This document shows, piece after piece, positions 24,443 through 33,526 of a DNA stretch of 49,906 nucleotides. A model generated the notes under the pieces. That model had not been told where the DNA came from. It did no database searches and saw nothing but the letters and a program-made list of their open reading frames with translations. The stretch is from Chloroflexota bacterium (lineage in GTDB: Bacteria > Chloroflexota > Dehalococcoidia > Lucifugimonadales > G022566795). Position 1 is the first letter of the stretch, and the number at the start of each line of letters is the position of its first letter. The DNA lies in contig JADFIF010000004.1 in assembly GCA_022566795.1 (NCBI GenBank), positions 1 through 49,906 on the forward strand, read 5' to 3'. A program made the position numbers and the translations under genes.

Positions 24443-26125
24443 TCATTGACCCCTGTCAGGAGCTGAGGACGGACCGGAATCGTCGGACTGCTCAGGGCTG
24501 CCGAACCTCTGTCCCATGACGCCCTTGAGGAGCTGATCGAACTGCGTCGAGGCGCCGGCGAGGGCAGTGAAGTCTGTCCCGCTCATCACCATCAGCTCGA
24601 CAGCGGTCGATGCCCTGGCCGAGGCCGAGTGGCGGCCACCTCGGAGCAGCGACCTCTCGCCGAAGAAGTCTCCGGGGCCAAGCTCTGCTACCTTAGTCTC
24701 CACGCCGTCTGTTAGGGACACGATCTGGACGCGTCCCTCGAGCACAATGTAGAGATTTCGGGCGGGCCCACCCTCTCGGAACACCGTCTCTCCCGCGTCA
24801 TAGTGCGCCCTGGACACGCCTTGGCTTCTGGCGATGTCGAGCCGGACGATATCCCGGTGGAACAGCAGCTCAAGCGTCCAGTCGCTCACAACCCTTAGCT
24901 TGCGCTCGAGCCGCGGCAGCTGCAAGAGGTAGTAGGTACGGTACAGAAACCAGGCCATGAGGCCCTCTATCTTGAGCCCTGCCACGTCCGCGGCCGCGGA
25001 GAACCTGCCGAGCGGAACGAAGACCCCAAGGCTTCTGTAGGAGAACGTTCGGAGAGGCTCCCCTTTGATCGCGGCAAGGATGTTCCGGGCTACGTGCCTC
25101 CCCTCCCTCAACGCGTGCTGCGCGGTGGGCGGCGCGGTCCCGCCGGTGCGGACATCGGGGACGGCTGCGCAGTCCCCAGCGGCCCAGATCCCGTCGCTGC
25201 CCGGTACTGCCAGGGTTTCGTCCACCACCAATCGCCCTTTGCGATCGCGGCTGCCCGGCACCGTCTCCAGCAGCCGGTTGGGCGACGAACCCATGGCCGC
25301 CACTACAGTCCCGGTTGCGATCTCCTGGCCATCGCCCAGGACCGCGCTCTGGACGGTGGCGCCCTTTATACCGGTGTTGAGACGGATCTCGATGCCTCTA
25401 CGTTCCATCACTCGGTGGCTGAAGGCTGCCTGCTTCTCGCTCAGCTCCGGCAGAATCCTGCTCGACCGCTGCAAGAGAACGACCCTGACATCGCCGGGGG
25501 ATACGTTTGGATAGTCCCGCGCCGCCTCTCTTACGAAGGAGTTGATCTCCGCTGCCACCTCGACTCCGTTGTAGCCACCACCCACGACGACGAACGTGAG
25601 CAGCTCGGCCTTCTCAGCGGCATCGTCCTCGACCTGCGCCCTTTCGATGACGCCGATCAGGTGGTTGCGCAGCGCGAAGGCGTCTCCCAGCGTCTTCAAA
25701 GGAAAGGCGTGCTCGGACATCCCCGGGACCATCGACAGGTCGGTGCTGACGCCCACGGCCACCAGCAGGTGATCGTAGGGAATACTGTCGTAGTGCACGT
25801 GTCTGCCGGAGTAGCGGACTACAACGGTGCTGGTGGCCGCGTCAACAGCCTCGATCTCGGCCTGATAGAAGCGTGTATGCCGCAGCAGTCGGCGAATCGG
25901 GTTCACGATGTGTGGAGGCTCGATGCTGCCCGACACAACCTCGGACAGCATGGGCTGAAAAAGGAAAAAGTTATCCTGGCTCACCATGGCGAGCTCGATG
26001 AGGCCCTTTCGCGCGGCCTTCTCCAGCTTGAGGGCGGCATAGACACCGGCGTAACCTCCGCCAAGAATCACGACCCGGGGCGGGCGCTGATCGCTCGGTC
26101 TCTCTTTTGCAGGTGCGCCAGACAC
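24443..26125 (-). CDS. type II NADH dehydrogenase (NDH-2)-like flavoprotein fused to a C-terminal cyclic-nucleotide-binding domain
   Basis: Two dinucleotide folds are present (VVILGGGYAGV and FVVVGGGYNGVE), and WAAGDCA. The C-terminal ~120 aa read YDAGETVFREGGPARNLYIVLEGRV...GPGDFFGERSLLRGGRHSASARA, a cNMP-binding fold. The GTG start has an AAGGAGG SD. Confidence 0.85.
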   Translation of the reverse strand: MSGAPAKERPSDQRPPRVVILGGGYAGVYAALKLEKAARKGLIELAMVSQDNFFLFQPMLSEVVSGSIEPPHIVNPIRRLLRHTRFYQAEIEAVDAATSTVVVRYSGRHVHYDSIPYDHLLVAVGVSTDLSMVPGMSEHAFPLKTLGDAFALRNHLIGVIERAQVEDDAAEKAELLTFVVVGGGYNGVEVAAEINSFVREAARDYPNVSPGDVRVVLLQRSSRILPELSEKQAAFSHRVMERRGIEIRLNTGIKGATVQSAVLGDGQEIATGTVVAAMGSSPNRLLETVPGSRDRKGRLVVDETLAVPGSDGIWAAGDCAAVPDVRTGGTAPPTAQHALREGRHVARNILAAIKGEPLRTFSYRSLGVFVPLGRFSAAADVAGLKIEGLMAWFLYRTYYLLQLPRLERKLRVVSDWTLELLFHRDIVRLDIARSQGVSRAHYDAGETVFREGGPARNLYIVLEGRVQIVSLTDGVETKVAELGPGDFFGERSLLRGGRHSASARASTAVELMVMSGTDFTALAGASTQFDQLLKGVMGQRFGSPEQSDDSGPSSAPDRGQ

Positions 26126-26349
26126 CGTGAGCCTCCTTGGACAGGTTCAACCTTTCAGGATAACTTTCGATCCGTACCAGAACGTCTCCCTGTGTTCCCG
26201 AGCGTCGCACGCTTCAACGGAGCCGCGCCGGTCAGAGACCCCCCAACGAGAGCACGGCCCCTCGCGCCAGAAGCGAAGATGCAGCACCGAGTCGCCGACC
26301 TTTGGTTGACTTAGCTGCATCTCCGGATGCCAGGAGGGTAGGGTGGGAG

Positions 26350-26607
26350 TCACGTAGAATCTGCCCACAGGGGCATCTGCCTGACGCCCCAGCACGCCGG
26401 AGGGATATTGTCCCCCGGGTACTGGACCGGAAACGCCCCGAGCTGTCGCGGCATGCCCCAGTACAGCTCGGGCAGCCGATAGCTGTGGAAATAGCTGGCC
26501 CGCAGGTCGAGCACCTAGTACTCCCCGGCTTGCAACCGGGAGGCCAGCTCGGTCTTGAGCTGCAGGCCGCCGTAAGCTCCGGCCGGCGCGGGACGTTGCG
26601 CCGTCAT
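26350..26607 (-). pseudogene. coding-like ORF translationally coupled to tkt (ATGA overlap), interrupted by an in-frame TAG; possibly a decayed rhodanese-like gene
   Basis: ATG 26607..26605 overlaps the tkt stop. High GC3 reading gives [46 protein letters not shown]...PPACWGVRQ. The TAG is at 26517..26515. Coding-like sequence seems to continue in another frame down to 26147. Confidence 0.3.
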
Positions 26608-28622
26608 GTCTGGCTCGTCCCAACGAGGCGCCTGGCCTCCTCCGCCATATGCTGAGCGGTCAGACCGAACTTTTCGTACAGGACAGCCGCCGGAGCGGAC
26701 GCGCCAAAGTGAGAGAGGCCAATGGCCACGCCGTCCAGTCCGACATACCGCTCCCAGCCTACGCTCGTACTCGCCTCGATCGAAACCCTCGCCCGTACGT
26801 CAGGCGGCAGAACGCTGGCGCGATACTCCTCGGGTTGGGCGTCGAACAGCTCCCACGATGGGAGCGACACGACGCGGGCGGCAGTCCCATCCTCTTGCAG
26901 CAGCTTGGCCGCCTCCAACGCGATGTGTACCTCCGAGCCGGCACCGATGAGGATCACATCGGGCTTCGACGAGGCCTCCCACAGCACGTAGCCGCCCTGC
27001 CGCACGCCATTGGCGGAACTGAGCTCTTTGCGATCGAGCACCGGGAGGTTCTGCCGGCTCAGCGCCAGCACGGTAGGTCCGTGCCTGCGCTCCATCGCCA
27101 CCTTCCATGCCTCCACGCTCTCCGTGGCGTCCGCGGGCCGCAGTACTACCAGGTTCGGAATGCCGCGGAGACCGAGCAGCTGCTCGATGGGCTGATGGGT
27201 CGGCCCGTCCTCACCCATGCCGATAGAGTCGTGGGTAAAGATGTACACCACCCTCAGCTCCATCAGGGCGGCCAGCCGCATCGGGGGGCGCATGTAGTCG
27301 GAGAAGATCAGAAACGTCGCCGTATATGGGATGGTTCCGCCGTGTAATGCCATGCCGTTGGCAATGGCCCCCATCGCGTGCTCTCGGACGCCGAAGTGCA
27401 GATTATGCCCACAGTGCTCCTCGAAACCGTAGTGGCCGTGGTCCTTCAGCAGCGTCTTGGTGGAGGGGGCCAGGTCCGCCGAGCCTCCGGTGAAGGCATG
27501 GACTCTGTCCACGAGCGCGTTCATCACGCGCCCCGATGCGTCCCGAGTGGCTATGGGCTTGTCATCGGCGCTAAAGAGCTCGTCGAGGCCGCGCTGCCAT
27601 CCTTCCGGAAGGTCTCCCCGCAGCGCCTCCTCGAGCTGGGCAGCCTCCGTCGGGTAGGCTTTCCGGTACGCGGCCATCCGGGCCTGCCAATCGTCTTGCA
27701 GCTGCCTGCCACGGGCCCGGGCCTCGCGGAACCGGTCCAGGACCTCATCTGGCACCGTGAAGGGGTCTCGATAGGGCCAGCCCAAGGCCTCCTTTGTCAG
27801 ACGCACCTCTTCTTCGCCAAGCGGTTCGCCGTGAGCCGAGGCGGTCCCCGCCTTGTTGGGGCTCCCGTAGCCGATGATGGTGCGGCAGATCACCAGGCTG
27901 GGGCGGCCCGTCTCCGCCCGGGCCATGGTTGCGGCCGATTCAACGGACCGCACGTCCATGCCATCGATAGGGCCGACCACATGCCAGCCGTAGGCCTGGA
28001 ACCTCTGGGCCACGTTCTCCGCGAAGGCTATGTCGGTGTTTCCCTCGATGGAGATGTCGTTGTCGTCGTAAAAGTAGATGAGCTTGCCCAGGCGCAGGGT
28101 GCCCGCCAGCGACGCGGCCTCAGAGGCCACACCTTCTTGCAGGTCGCCGTCTGAGACGATGCCGTAAACGGAGTGGTTGATGATCTCGTGTCCGGGCCGA
28201 TTGTAGTGGTCCGCAAGCCAGCGCTCGGCTATGGCCATGCCCACGCCGTGCGCAAAGCCCTGGCCCAGTGGCCCCGTCGTCATCTCCACACCGGGCGTCA
28301 AGCCGTACTCCGGGTGGCCGGGAGTCTTGCTGCCCCACTGCCGGAAACGCTTGAGCTCTTCGATAGGCAGGTCGTACCCGGTGAGGTGAAGCAGCGCGTA
28401 GAGCAGCGCCGAGGCATGGCCCGGCGACAGGATGAACCGGTCTCTGTCGGGCCACGCTGGGTCGTTCGGATTGTGTCTCAGGAATCGGTCCCACAGCACG
28501 TAAGCCATCGGCGCCGCGCCCATGGGCGTTCCGGGGTGGCCCGATTTGGCCTTCTGCACCGTGTCCACCGCCAGGAACCGAACCGTGTTGATGGCCAGCT
28601 CGTCAATATCCGTTGTGTTCAC
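26604..28622 (-). CDS. tkt: transketolase
   Basis: [29 protein letters not shown]...GDGDLQEGV...ThDP and pyrimidine-binding regions throughout. I prefer GTG 28622 (VNTTDIDEL), giving about 672 aa. The track ORF extends to 28733. Confidence 0.92.
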   Translation of the reverse strand: MNTTDIDELAINTVRFLAVDTVQKAKSGHPGTPMGAAPMAYVLWDRFLRHNPNDPAWPDRDRFILSPGHASALLYALLHLTGYDLPIEELKRFRQWGSKTPGHPEYGLTPGVEMTTGPLGQGFAHGVGMAIAERWLADHYNRPGHEIINHSVYGIVSDGDLQEGVASEAASLAGTLRLGKLIYFYDDNDISIEGNTDIAFAENVAQRFQAYGWHVVGPIDGMDVRSVESAATMARAETGRPSLVICRTIIGYGSPNKAGTASAHGEPLGEEEVRLTKEALGWPYRDPFTVPDEVLDRFREARARGRQLQDDWQARMAAYRKAYPTEAAQLEEALRGDLPEGWQRGLDELFSADDKPIATRDASGRVMNALVDRVHAFTGGSADLAPSTKTLLKDHGHYGFEEHCGHNLHFGVREHAMGAIANGMALHGGTIPYTATFLIFSDYMRPPMRLAALMELRVVYIFTHDSIGMGEDGPTHQPIEQLLGLRGIPNLVVLRPADATESVEAWKVAMERRHGPTVLALSRQNLPVLDRKELSSANGVRQGGYVLWEASSKPDVILIGAGSEVHIALEAAKLLQEDGTAARVVSLPSWELFDAQPEEYRASVLPPDVRARVSIEASTSVGWERYVGLDGVAIGLSHFGASAPAAVLYEKFGLTAQHMAEEARRLVGTSQT

Positions 28623-28648
28623 GGGTCGCCACCTTTCTCTAGTTTCGC

Positions 28649-29021
28649 TCAGGGAAGCCTGGTTACCCACGTTGAGCGCTCGTATTTGTCGACGCAATCC
28701 AGGACCGTTGAAACGACTGTAGCATGATTCCATGTGAGGGGCGATACGCTCAAAGGCTCACCAGTCAGTGGGTGGATCTGGTCTTCCAAAACGCCGCTGG
28801 GTAGCGCATATACCCACTCAATCATCGGGATCGCCAACTTAAGATCCTCGAAGGTCTCTGCCTTGGCAATACGATATTGCGCCAGCAACCGGGTCGAGAT
28901 AATCCAGGGATTCCCCGGGTATGTTCTCCTTCTGTTGGTCCACGGCGCGGTCCCAGTGATACGTTTCGCCTTCGTAGCGGGCTAATCCAACCGTTCCCCG
29001 ATGTTGACGGGGAGTTGACAC
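28649..29021 (-). pseudogene. relic of a GH15 (glucoamylase-family) gene: only the last ~120 codons remain, with a +1 frameshift
   Basis: Frame A reads GLARYEGETYHWDRAVDQQKENIPG. Frame B reads NPWIISTRLLAQYRIAKAE...[23 protein letters not shown]. The frames join at CCCGGGGAATCCC (about 28910..28917), where one G appears to be extra. There is no N-terminal catalytic region upstream. Confidence 0.65.
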
Positions 29022-29086
29022 AGGATGGATAACCTGAATATTCTAGGCCCGATTTGGGGTGAGTTCTCCATCCGGGAGGCGCTGAT

Positions 29087-29410
29087 ATCAAGAGGGTCGG
29101 CTTCCTGCTCAAGGTGAAGCAGGACACGATAGGGGAGTACAAGCGGCACCACCAGACGGTGTGGCCGGAGATGCTGGACGCCCTTCGTAGGAGCGGCTGG
29201 CACAACTACTCGCTGTTCATGGGGGAGGACGGGCTCCTTTTCGGCTCCTTCGAGGCCGATGAGAGCTTTCAGGCCTCTCTCGACGGAATGGCCGAGGAGG
29301 AGGCCAACCGACGCTGGCAGGAGTTCATGGCGCCTTTCTTCGAGATCCCATCGGGCGCTCGCCCAGACCAGATGATGGTGGAGCTGGAAGAGGTCTTCCA
29401 CCTGGACTAG
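29087..29410 (+). CDS. rhaM: L-rhamnose mutarotase (RhaM/YiiL family); probable non-canonical ATC start
   Basis: (I)KRVGFLLKVKQDTIGEYKRHHQTVWPEMLDALRRSGWHNYSLF... matches the family from its first residues. GGGAGG at 29074..29079 lies 7 nt upstream of ATC 29087. The track start GTG 29114 has no SD and would remove the first conserved beta-strand. Confidence 0.75.
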   Translation: MKRVGFLLKVKQDTIGEYKRHHQTVWPEMLDALRRSGWHNYSLFMGEDGLLFGSFEADESFQASLDGMAEEEANRRWQEFMAPFFEIPSGARPDQMMVELEEVFHLD

Positions 29411-29545
29411 TGCTTGGTCGGCAAGAAAGCGATACGTACATCTCTCCACCCACCCGCACGTAAGGATTATGGTCTGGGGGACACCGGAAGACCACGAGGG
29501 TAGGCGCAGGGGCCTACCCCTACGGTAGAGGGAACCCTCTGAGGT
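29407..29545 (-). repeat. repeat family C, copy 2 (inverted relative to copy 1)
   Basis: It begins inside the rhaM stop codon (CTAGTGCTTGGTCGGCAAGAAAGCGATACG...GGTCTGGGGGACACC). A hairpin, GGGTAGGC-gcagg-GCCTACCC, follows. Confidence 0.75.
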
Positions 29546-29667
29546 TGCCATCGCCTGGGCCCACACATGTTAGGATTCTCCTTAGCCAGCAACCTCCAGG
29601 CCGCGGCGACACCGACTCGCCCGCTCTGGCGGCTGGAATTTCGCCGAGGATTGAGGAGTGAGGAGAG

Positions 29668-30633
29668 ATGAGAGCTGGATTCGGTCAGTTTCGGGACGCC
29701 ACGCCCGAGTACCTTCGCTTCGCCGCGCAGTACGGCGCCACAGACGTTCTCCTGAACACGCCGAGCCTGCCCGGCATGGGGGGCCGGTGGGAGCTTCACG
29801 ACCTCGTCAAGCTCCGCCTGACGGTTGAGCAGTACGGTCTGAAGCTTTCCGCCTTGGAGAATGTGCCTACGTCATTCTACGACCAGATAATGCTGGGTGG
29901 CCCCAGGCGTGACGAGCAGATCGAGAACATGGTCTTCACGGTTAGGAACATCGCCAGAGCGGGCATACCCATATTCGGCTACAACTGGATGCCCTCGCAC
30001 GTCTGGCGCACCACGCCGGCCTCGATACGGTGTGAGTCGATCGCCACCGCCTTCGACTACGGCCAAGCCAAGAAGATGCCCCGTACGCACGACCGTGAGT
30101 ACGGCGAAGAGGAGATGTGGGACAACCTGGAGTACTGGATAAAGATCATAACGCCCGTCGCCGAAGAGGAGGGGATCCGCCTTGGCATTCACCCGTGCGA
30201 CCCGCCGGTGCCACTCCTGGGCGGTATCCCGCAACTCTTGCGCAGCTTCGATGCGTACAAGCGCCTGATCGAGATATGCCCCTCGGATTGCAATGCCATC
30301 GAGTTCTGCCAGGGGACGTTCTCCGAGATGGAGGGCGACGACATTTACGAGATGATCCGGTACTTCGGCGAGCGTAATAAGATCCTCTACGTGCACTTCA
30401 GGAACGTCTCCGGCCAGGTGCCCAGGTTTCACGAGGAGTTCATAAACACCGGATACGTGGATATGTACAGGGCGATGAAGATCTATCACCAGGTCGGTTT
30501 CGACAGCTTCTTCATCGACGACCACGTGCCGCAAACCTTCCAAGACACGTCCTGGGGCCACCGAGGTCGTGCTTTTGCCAACGGCTACATCCAGGCGCTG
30601 ATCGAGGCGGTGACCAAGGAGGCGGTCGCCTAA
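29668..30633 (+). CDS. uxuA: mannonate dehydratase (UxuA) family protein, xylose-isomerase-like TIM barrel
   Basis: LENVP...IFGYNWMP..VWRT...HPCDPP...LYVHFRNV.G....F.E.F...G.VDM is the UxuA-family pattern. A GGAGTGAGGAGAG SD is present. Confidence 0.7.
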   Translation: MRAGFGQFRDATPEYLRFAAQYGATDVLLNTPSLPGMGGRWELHDLVKLRLTVEQYGLKLSALENVPTSFYDQIMLGGPRRDEQIENMVFTVRNIARAGIPIFGYNWMPSHVWRTTPASIRCESIATAFDYGQAKKMPRTHDREYGEEEMWDNLEYWIKIITPVAEEEGIRLGIHPCDPPVPLLGGIPQLLRSFDAYKRLIEICPSDCNAIEFCQGTFSEMEGDDIYEMIRYFGERNKILYVHFRNVSGQVPRFHEEFINTGYVDMYRAMKIYHQVGFDSFFIDDHVPQTFQDTSWGHRGRAFANGYIQALIEAVTKEAVA

Positions 30634-30776
30634 CGAGCCTTGCCGCGATCTACGATTGACCCGCCTCGCACTCCCTCCAGAGAAATTGGGGGCTCAGGTA
30701 CCCTGGAAAGTTGGCTCGCAGGCTGGAGCAGACGTACAGCGACGAAGTGTCAGTACTTCAAGAGCAGGAGATTCAT

Positions 30777-31811
30777 ATGACGAAACGGGAAGAGAACTGG
30801 GAGTACGGTCTGAGGACGGAGGGACACGAGGCGACCCTGGCGGTCGAGGGGCCGGTGGTCCTGGGCGAAGGCGATTTCCGGTACGAGGTATCCGGCACCA
30901 ACTGGGGCAATCTGCCTGAAGGGTGGGTCTATAAGGAGGCCACGGCGGTTGACGTGGACTCTAAAGACAACATCTATGTTTTCAATCGAGGCACGTGCCC
31001 GATGATCGTCTTCGATCGCGAAGGGAATATCGTGCGAACCTGGGGCGAGGGGGTATTCAAGAACCCCCACGGCGTCACCATTGCGCCTGACGATACGGTG
31101 TTCTGTGTCGACAACGGCGACAGCACCGTGCGCAAGTTCACCCCCGAGGGCAAGCTGCTGATGACGCTCGGCACACCCAACCAGCCCTCTCCGAAGATGA
31201 GCGGCAAGCCCTTTAGCGTCCCAGCCCATGTGGCTGTGGACAAGCGCACAGGGGAGTTCTATGTGGCCGACGGCTACTCGAACGCTCGTGTCCACAAGTA
31301 CACCCCTGAAGGCAAGCTGCTGTTCTCCTGGGGAGAATCTGGGACAGGTGAGGGACAGTTCAATATCGTGCATAACCTCGCCATAGACAGCGAGGGATGG
31401 GTATATGTGGCCGACCGGGAGAACCACCGCATCCAGATTTTCAGCCCCGACGGCAAGTATGAGACCCAGTGGGTCAATCTGTCCCGCGCCGCCACGATAT
31501 GCGTTGACGATCGCTCGGGTGAAGACCTGGTGTACATCGGCGAATACTTCTGTGGGATTGCCACCAACAGCATTGGCACGGACCTCGGCCCTCGGGTCAC
31601 CATCATGAACACAAGTGGGAAGGTCGTTGCCCGTGTAGGTCGCGAAAGCTACGGCGATCAGACCGGCAGATTCTACTCACCTCACGGCATCGCCGTGGAC
31701 TCGTACGGAGACATCTACGTGGCCGAGGTCTCCTGGAGCGACTATGGCAGCAGGATGGACCCGCCTGTCGAGCTGCGGTCTATGCAGAAACTGGTCAAAG
31801 TGAGGGATTAG
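30777..31811 (+). CDS. NHL-repeat six-bladed beta-propeller protein (peptidyl-alpha-hydroxyglycine lyase-like / lactonase-like)
   Basis: Repeated blades are visible: PHGVTIAPDDTVFCVDNGDSTVRKFTPEGKLL, AHVAVD..GEFYVADGYSNARVHKYTPEGKLL, HNLAIDSEGWVYVADRENHRIQIFSPDGKY and PHGIAVDSYGDIYVAEV. ATG 30777 has an AGGAG SD. Confidence 0.8.
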   Translation: MTKREENWEYGLRTEGHEATLAVEGPVVLGEGDFRYEVSGTNWGNLPEGWVYKEATAVDVDSKDNIYVFNRGTCPMIVFDREGNIVRTWGEGVFKNPHGVTIAPDDTVFCVDNGDSTVRKFTPEGKLLMTLGTPNQPSPKMSGKPFSVPAHVAVDKRTGEFYVADGYSNARVHKYTPEGKLLFSWGESGTGEGQFNIVHNLAIDSEGWVYVADRENHRIQIFSPDGKYETQWVNLSRAATICVDDRSGEDLVYIGEYFCGIATNSIGTDLGPRVTIMNTSGKVVARVGRESYGDQTGRFYSPHGIAVDSYGDIYVAEVSWSDYGSRMDPPVELRSMQKLVKVRD

Positions 31812-31980
31812 TCAAGCGCCGATGGAGAAGTTGCTGTTGCGGCGGGAGATACTGAAGGAATATGGGCAGCCCAGAGGAGAGGCACTAGCGCGCCGGGAAC
31901 CGGACACCCGGCGCAGGCGGCGAAGGGGAGAGTACCGTTTAGAGGCTGGCATGATGCGGTGATGGCAGGGGACGGCTGAA

Positions 31981-32202
31981 ATGACGATGGGTGAACAATC
32001 GAAGGAGATTCCCTCCGAACATTTCTCCCTATCGTGCCATGAATGCGGCGGAAAGCTGGGAATCCTCAGCCTCTCCTACGTCCGAGTCCGACACCATCTG
32101 GAGCCGTTAATGCTTTGCACAAAATGCCTGTCCAAGACTAATCTCGACGCCCTGCCCTTAGAATACGCAGACAGGATGAGGGCCTCCCTTGAAGAACAGT
32201 AA
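31981..32202 (+). CDS. small CxxC...CxxC zinc-ribbon-like hypothetical protein
   Basis: 73 aa with CHECGGK...CTKC. Composition is AT-richer than the surroundings. No family was recognised. Confidence 0.35.
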   Translation: MTMGEQSKEIPSEHFSLSCHECGGKLGILSLSYVRVRHHLEPLMLCTKCLSKTNLDALPLEYADRMRASLEEQ

Positions 32203-32391
32203 GATCAGGCAGGGGAGCGGAGAATCAACGCAAACGCACGAAGACCTAGATCGGCAAGAATTTGTCTGTCGTAGGTGATCTGTTTTAACCCGAACTGTCA
32301 ACGCGTTGACCGACATCTTCCCCGCGGGCCCCGGGTTTTGTTCCGCGGTCTCCGCGGAGAGCTCGGCGACCTCGTGAGCTTCAACTCCGAG

Positions 32392-33420
32392 CTATCCAGG
32401 AAAACTCACGAAGAGCACCCACATCGGCCCCTTTCCGACGTGGTAGATCTCTAGCGGGTCCAGCTCCCCAGTGCCGTCATCTATTCGGTACGAGGCCAAC
32501 CTTCCCGATTCGAGGCCCGCGGCGAACAGGAACCTCCCGCTGGGATCTATGCTGATCGCCCGAGGCACCGGCTCCGTGGGAACGCGCCCGATGGACGTCA
32601 GATGGCCGGTGGAGGCGTCGACGGAGAAGCAAGCGATGCTGTCGTGGCCTCGGTTCGGAGCGTACAGGAACTTTCCGGACGGCGTGATCTGGATCTGCGC
32701 GCAGCTATTGGTGCCGTCGTAGCCGTCCGGCAGGGTCGATACCGTCTGGAAGACGCTCAGGGTCCCCGCTGAAGAGTCGAGGTTGTACCCGGTCACACTG
32801 CACCCCTGCTCGTTCGAGAAGTACAGGATGTCGCGAGTCGGATGGAAGCAGAAGTGGCGCGGGCCCTCGCCGTCAACAGGGGGCGAAACACGCGGGAGGG
32901 AGTTTGGAGTAAGCCGGCCGCTATTCCCGTCGAACCTGAACTGGAGGATCAGGTTCGGCCCGGTACGCCCGCCGATGTGGGGGAGGAAAGCGAAGCTGTT
33001 GGACCGGTCCGTCTGCATCGAGTGCGCCCCGGGAGCCGTATCTATCCACTCGATGGGTGGCGAGCCTACAGCACCGTCCTCCCCGATTGCGTGGACCCCC
33101 GCTTTGCCCGCGGAATAGTAGGCCGAGAGCAAGAATCTGCCCGTGCGGTCCGTCGCTAGGTAGCAGGGATCGGCATCGAGCGGCGCCGTCCCGACAGGCG
33201 AGAGGCCTCCCGTGCCCGGGTCGATCGCGAAACTGGAGATCGCCGGTACGTCACGGCGGCCCACGTGGAGGAACCGCCGCTCAGGGTCCACGGCCAGGGG
33301 TGCGGGCCGGCCTTGCACGTCTACCGCGTCGCGCTGTTCGAGCCGGCCGGTCTGAGGGTCCATCTCGAAGACCAAGATGCGGTCCTCCTCCGAAGCGGTG
33401 ACATACGTAAAGACGCTCAT
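32392..33420 (-). CDS. lactonase family protein (6-phosphogluconolactonase-like seven-bladed propeller, YbhE/Pgl type)
   Basis: MSVFTYVTASEEDRILVFEMDPQTGRLEQ...P..LAVDP..RFL.. is repeated along the protein. An AAGGAG SD is present. Confidence 0.8.
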   Translation of the reverse strand: MSVFTYVTASEEDRILVFEMDPQTGRLEQRDAVDVQGRPAPLAVDPERRFLHVGRRDVPAISSFAIDPGTGGLSPVGTAPLDADPCYLATDRTGRFLLSAYYSAGKAGVHAIGEDGAVGSPPIEWIDTAPGAHSMQTDRSNSFAFLPHIGGRTGPNLILQFRFDGNSGRLTPNSLPRVSPPVDGEGPRHFCFHPTRDILYFSNEQGCSVTGYNLDSSAGTLSVFQTVSTLPDGYDGTNSCAQIQITPSGKFLYAPNRGHDSIACFSVDASTGHLTSIGRVPTEPVPRAISIDPSGRFLFAAGLESGRLASYRIDDGTGELDPLEIYHVGKGPMWVLFVSFPG

Positions 33421-33526
33421 CGGCTCGAATCTCCTTTGCGATACCGCGCGTCTACTCGCGCACTACTCCGCTAGGCGCGTGCATCGAACGTGGGATTCCA
33501 AGTCGCCTTGCACATCGTGTGCCCTA

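Noticed and set aside
25094-26314. 406-aa + strand ORF
   Set aside because: It lies antisense to the NDH-2 fusion gene and has an R/G/P-rich composition.
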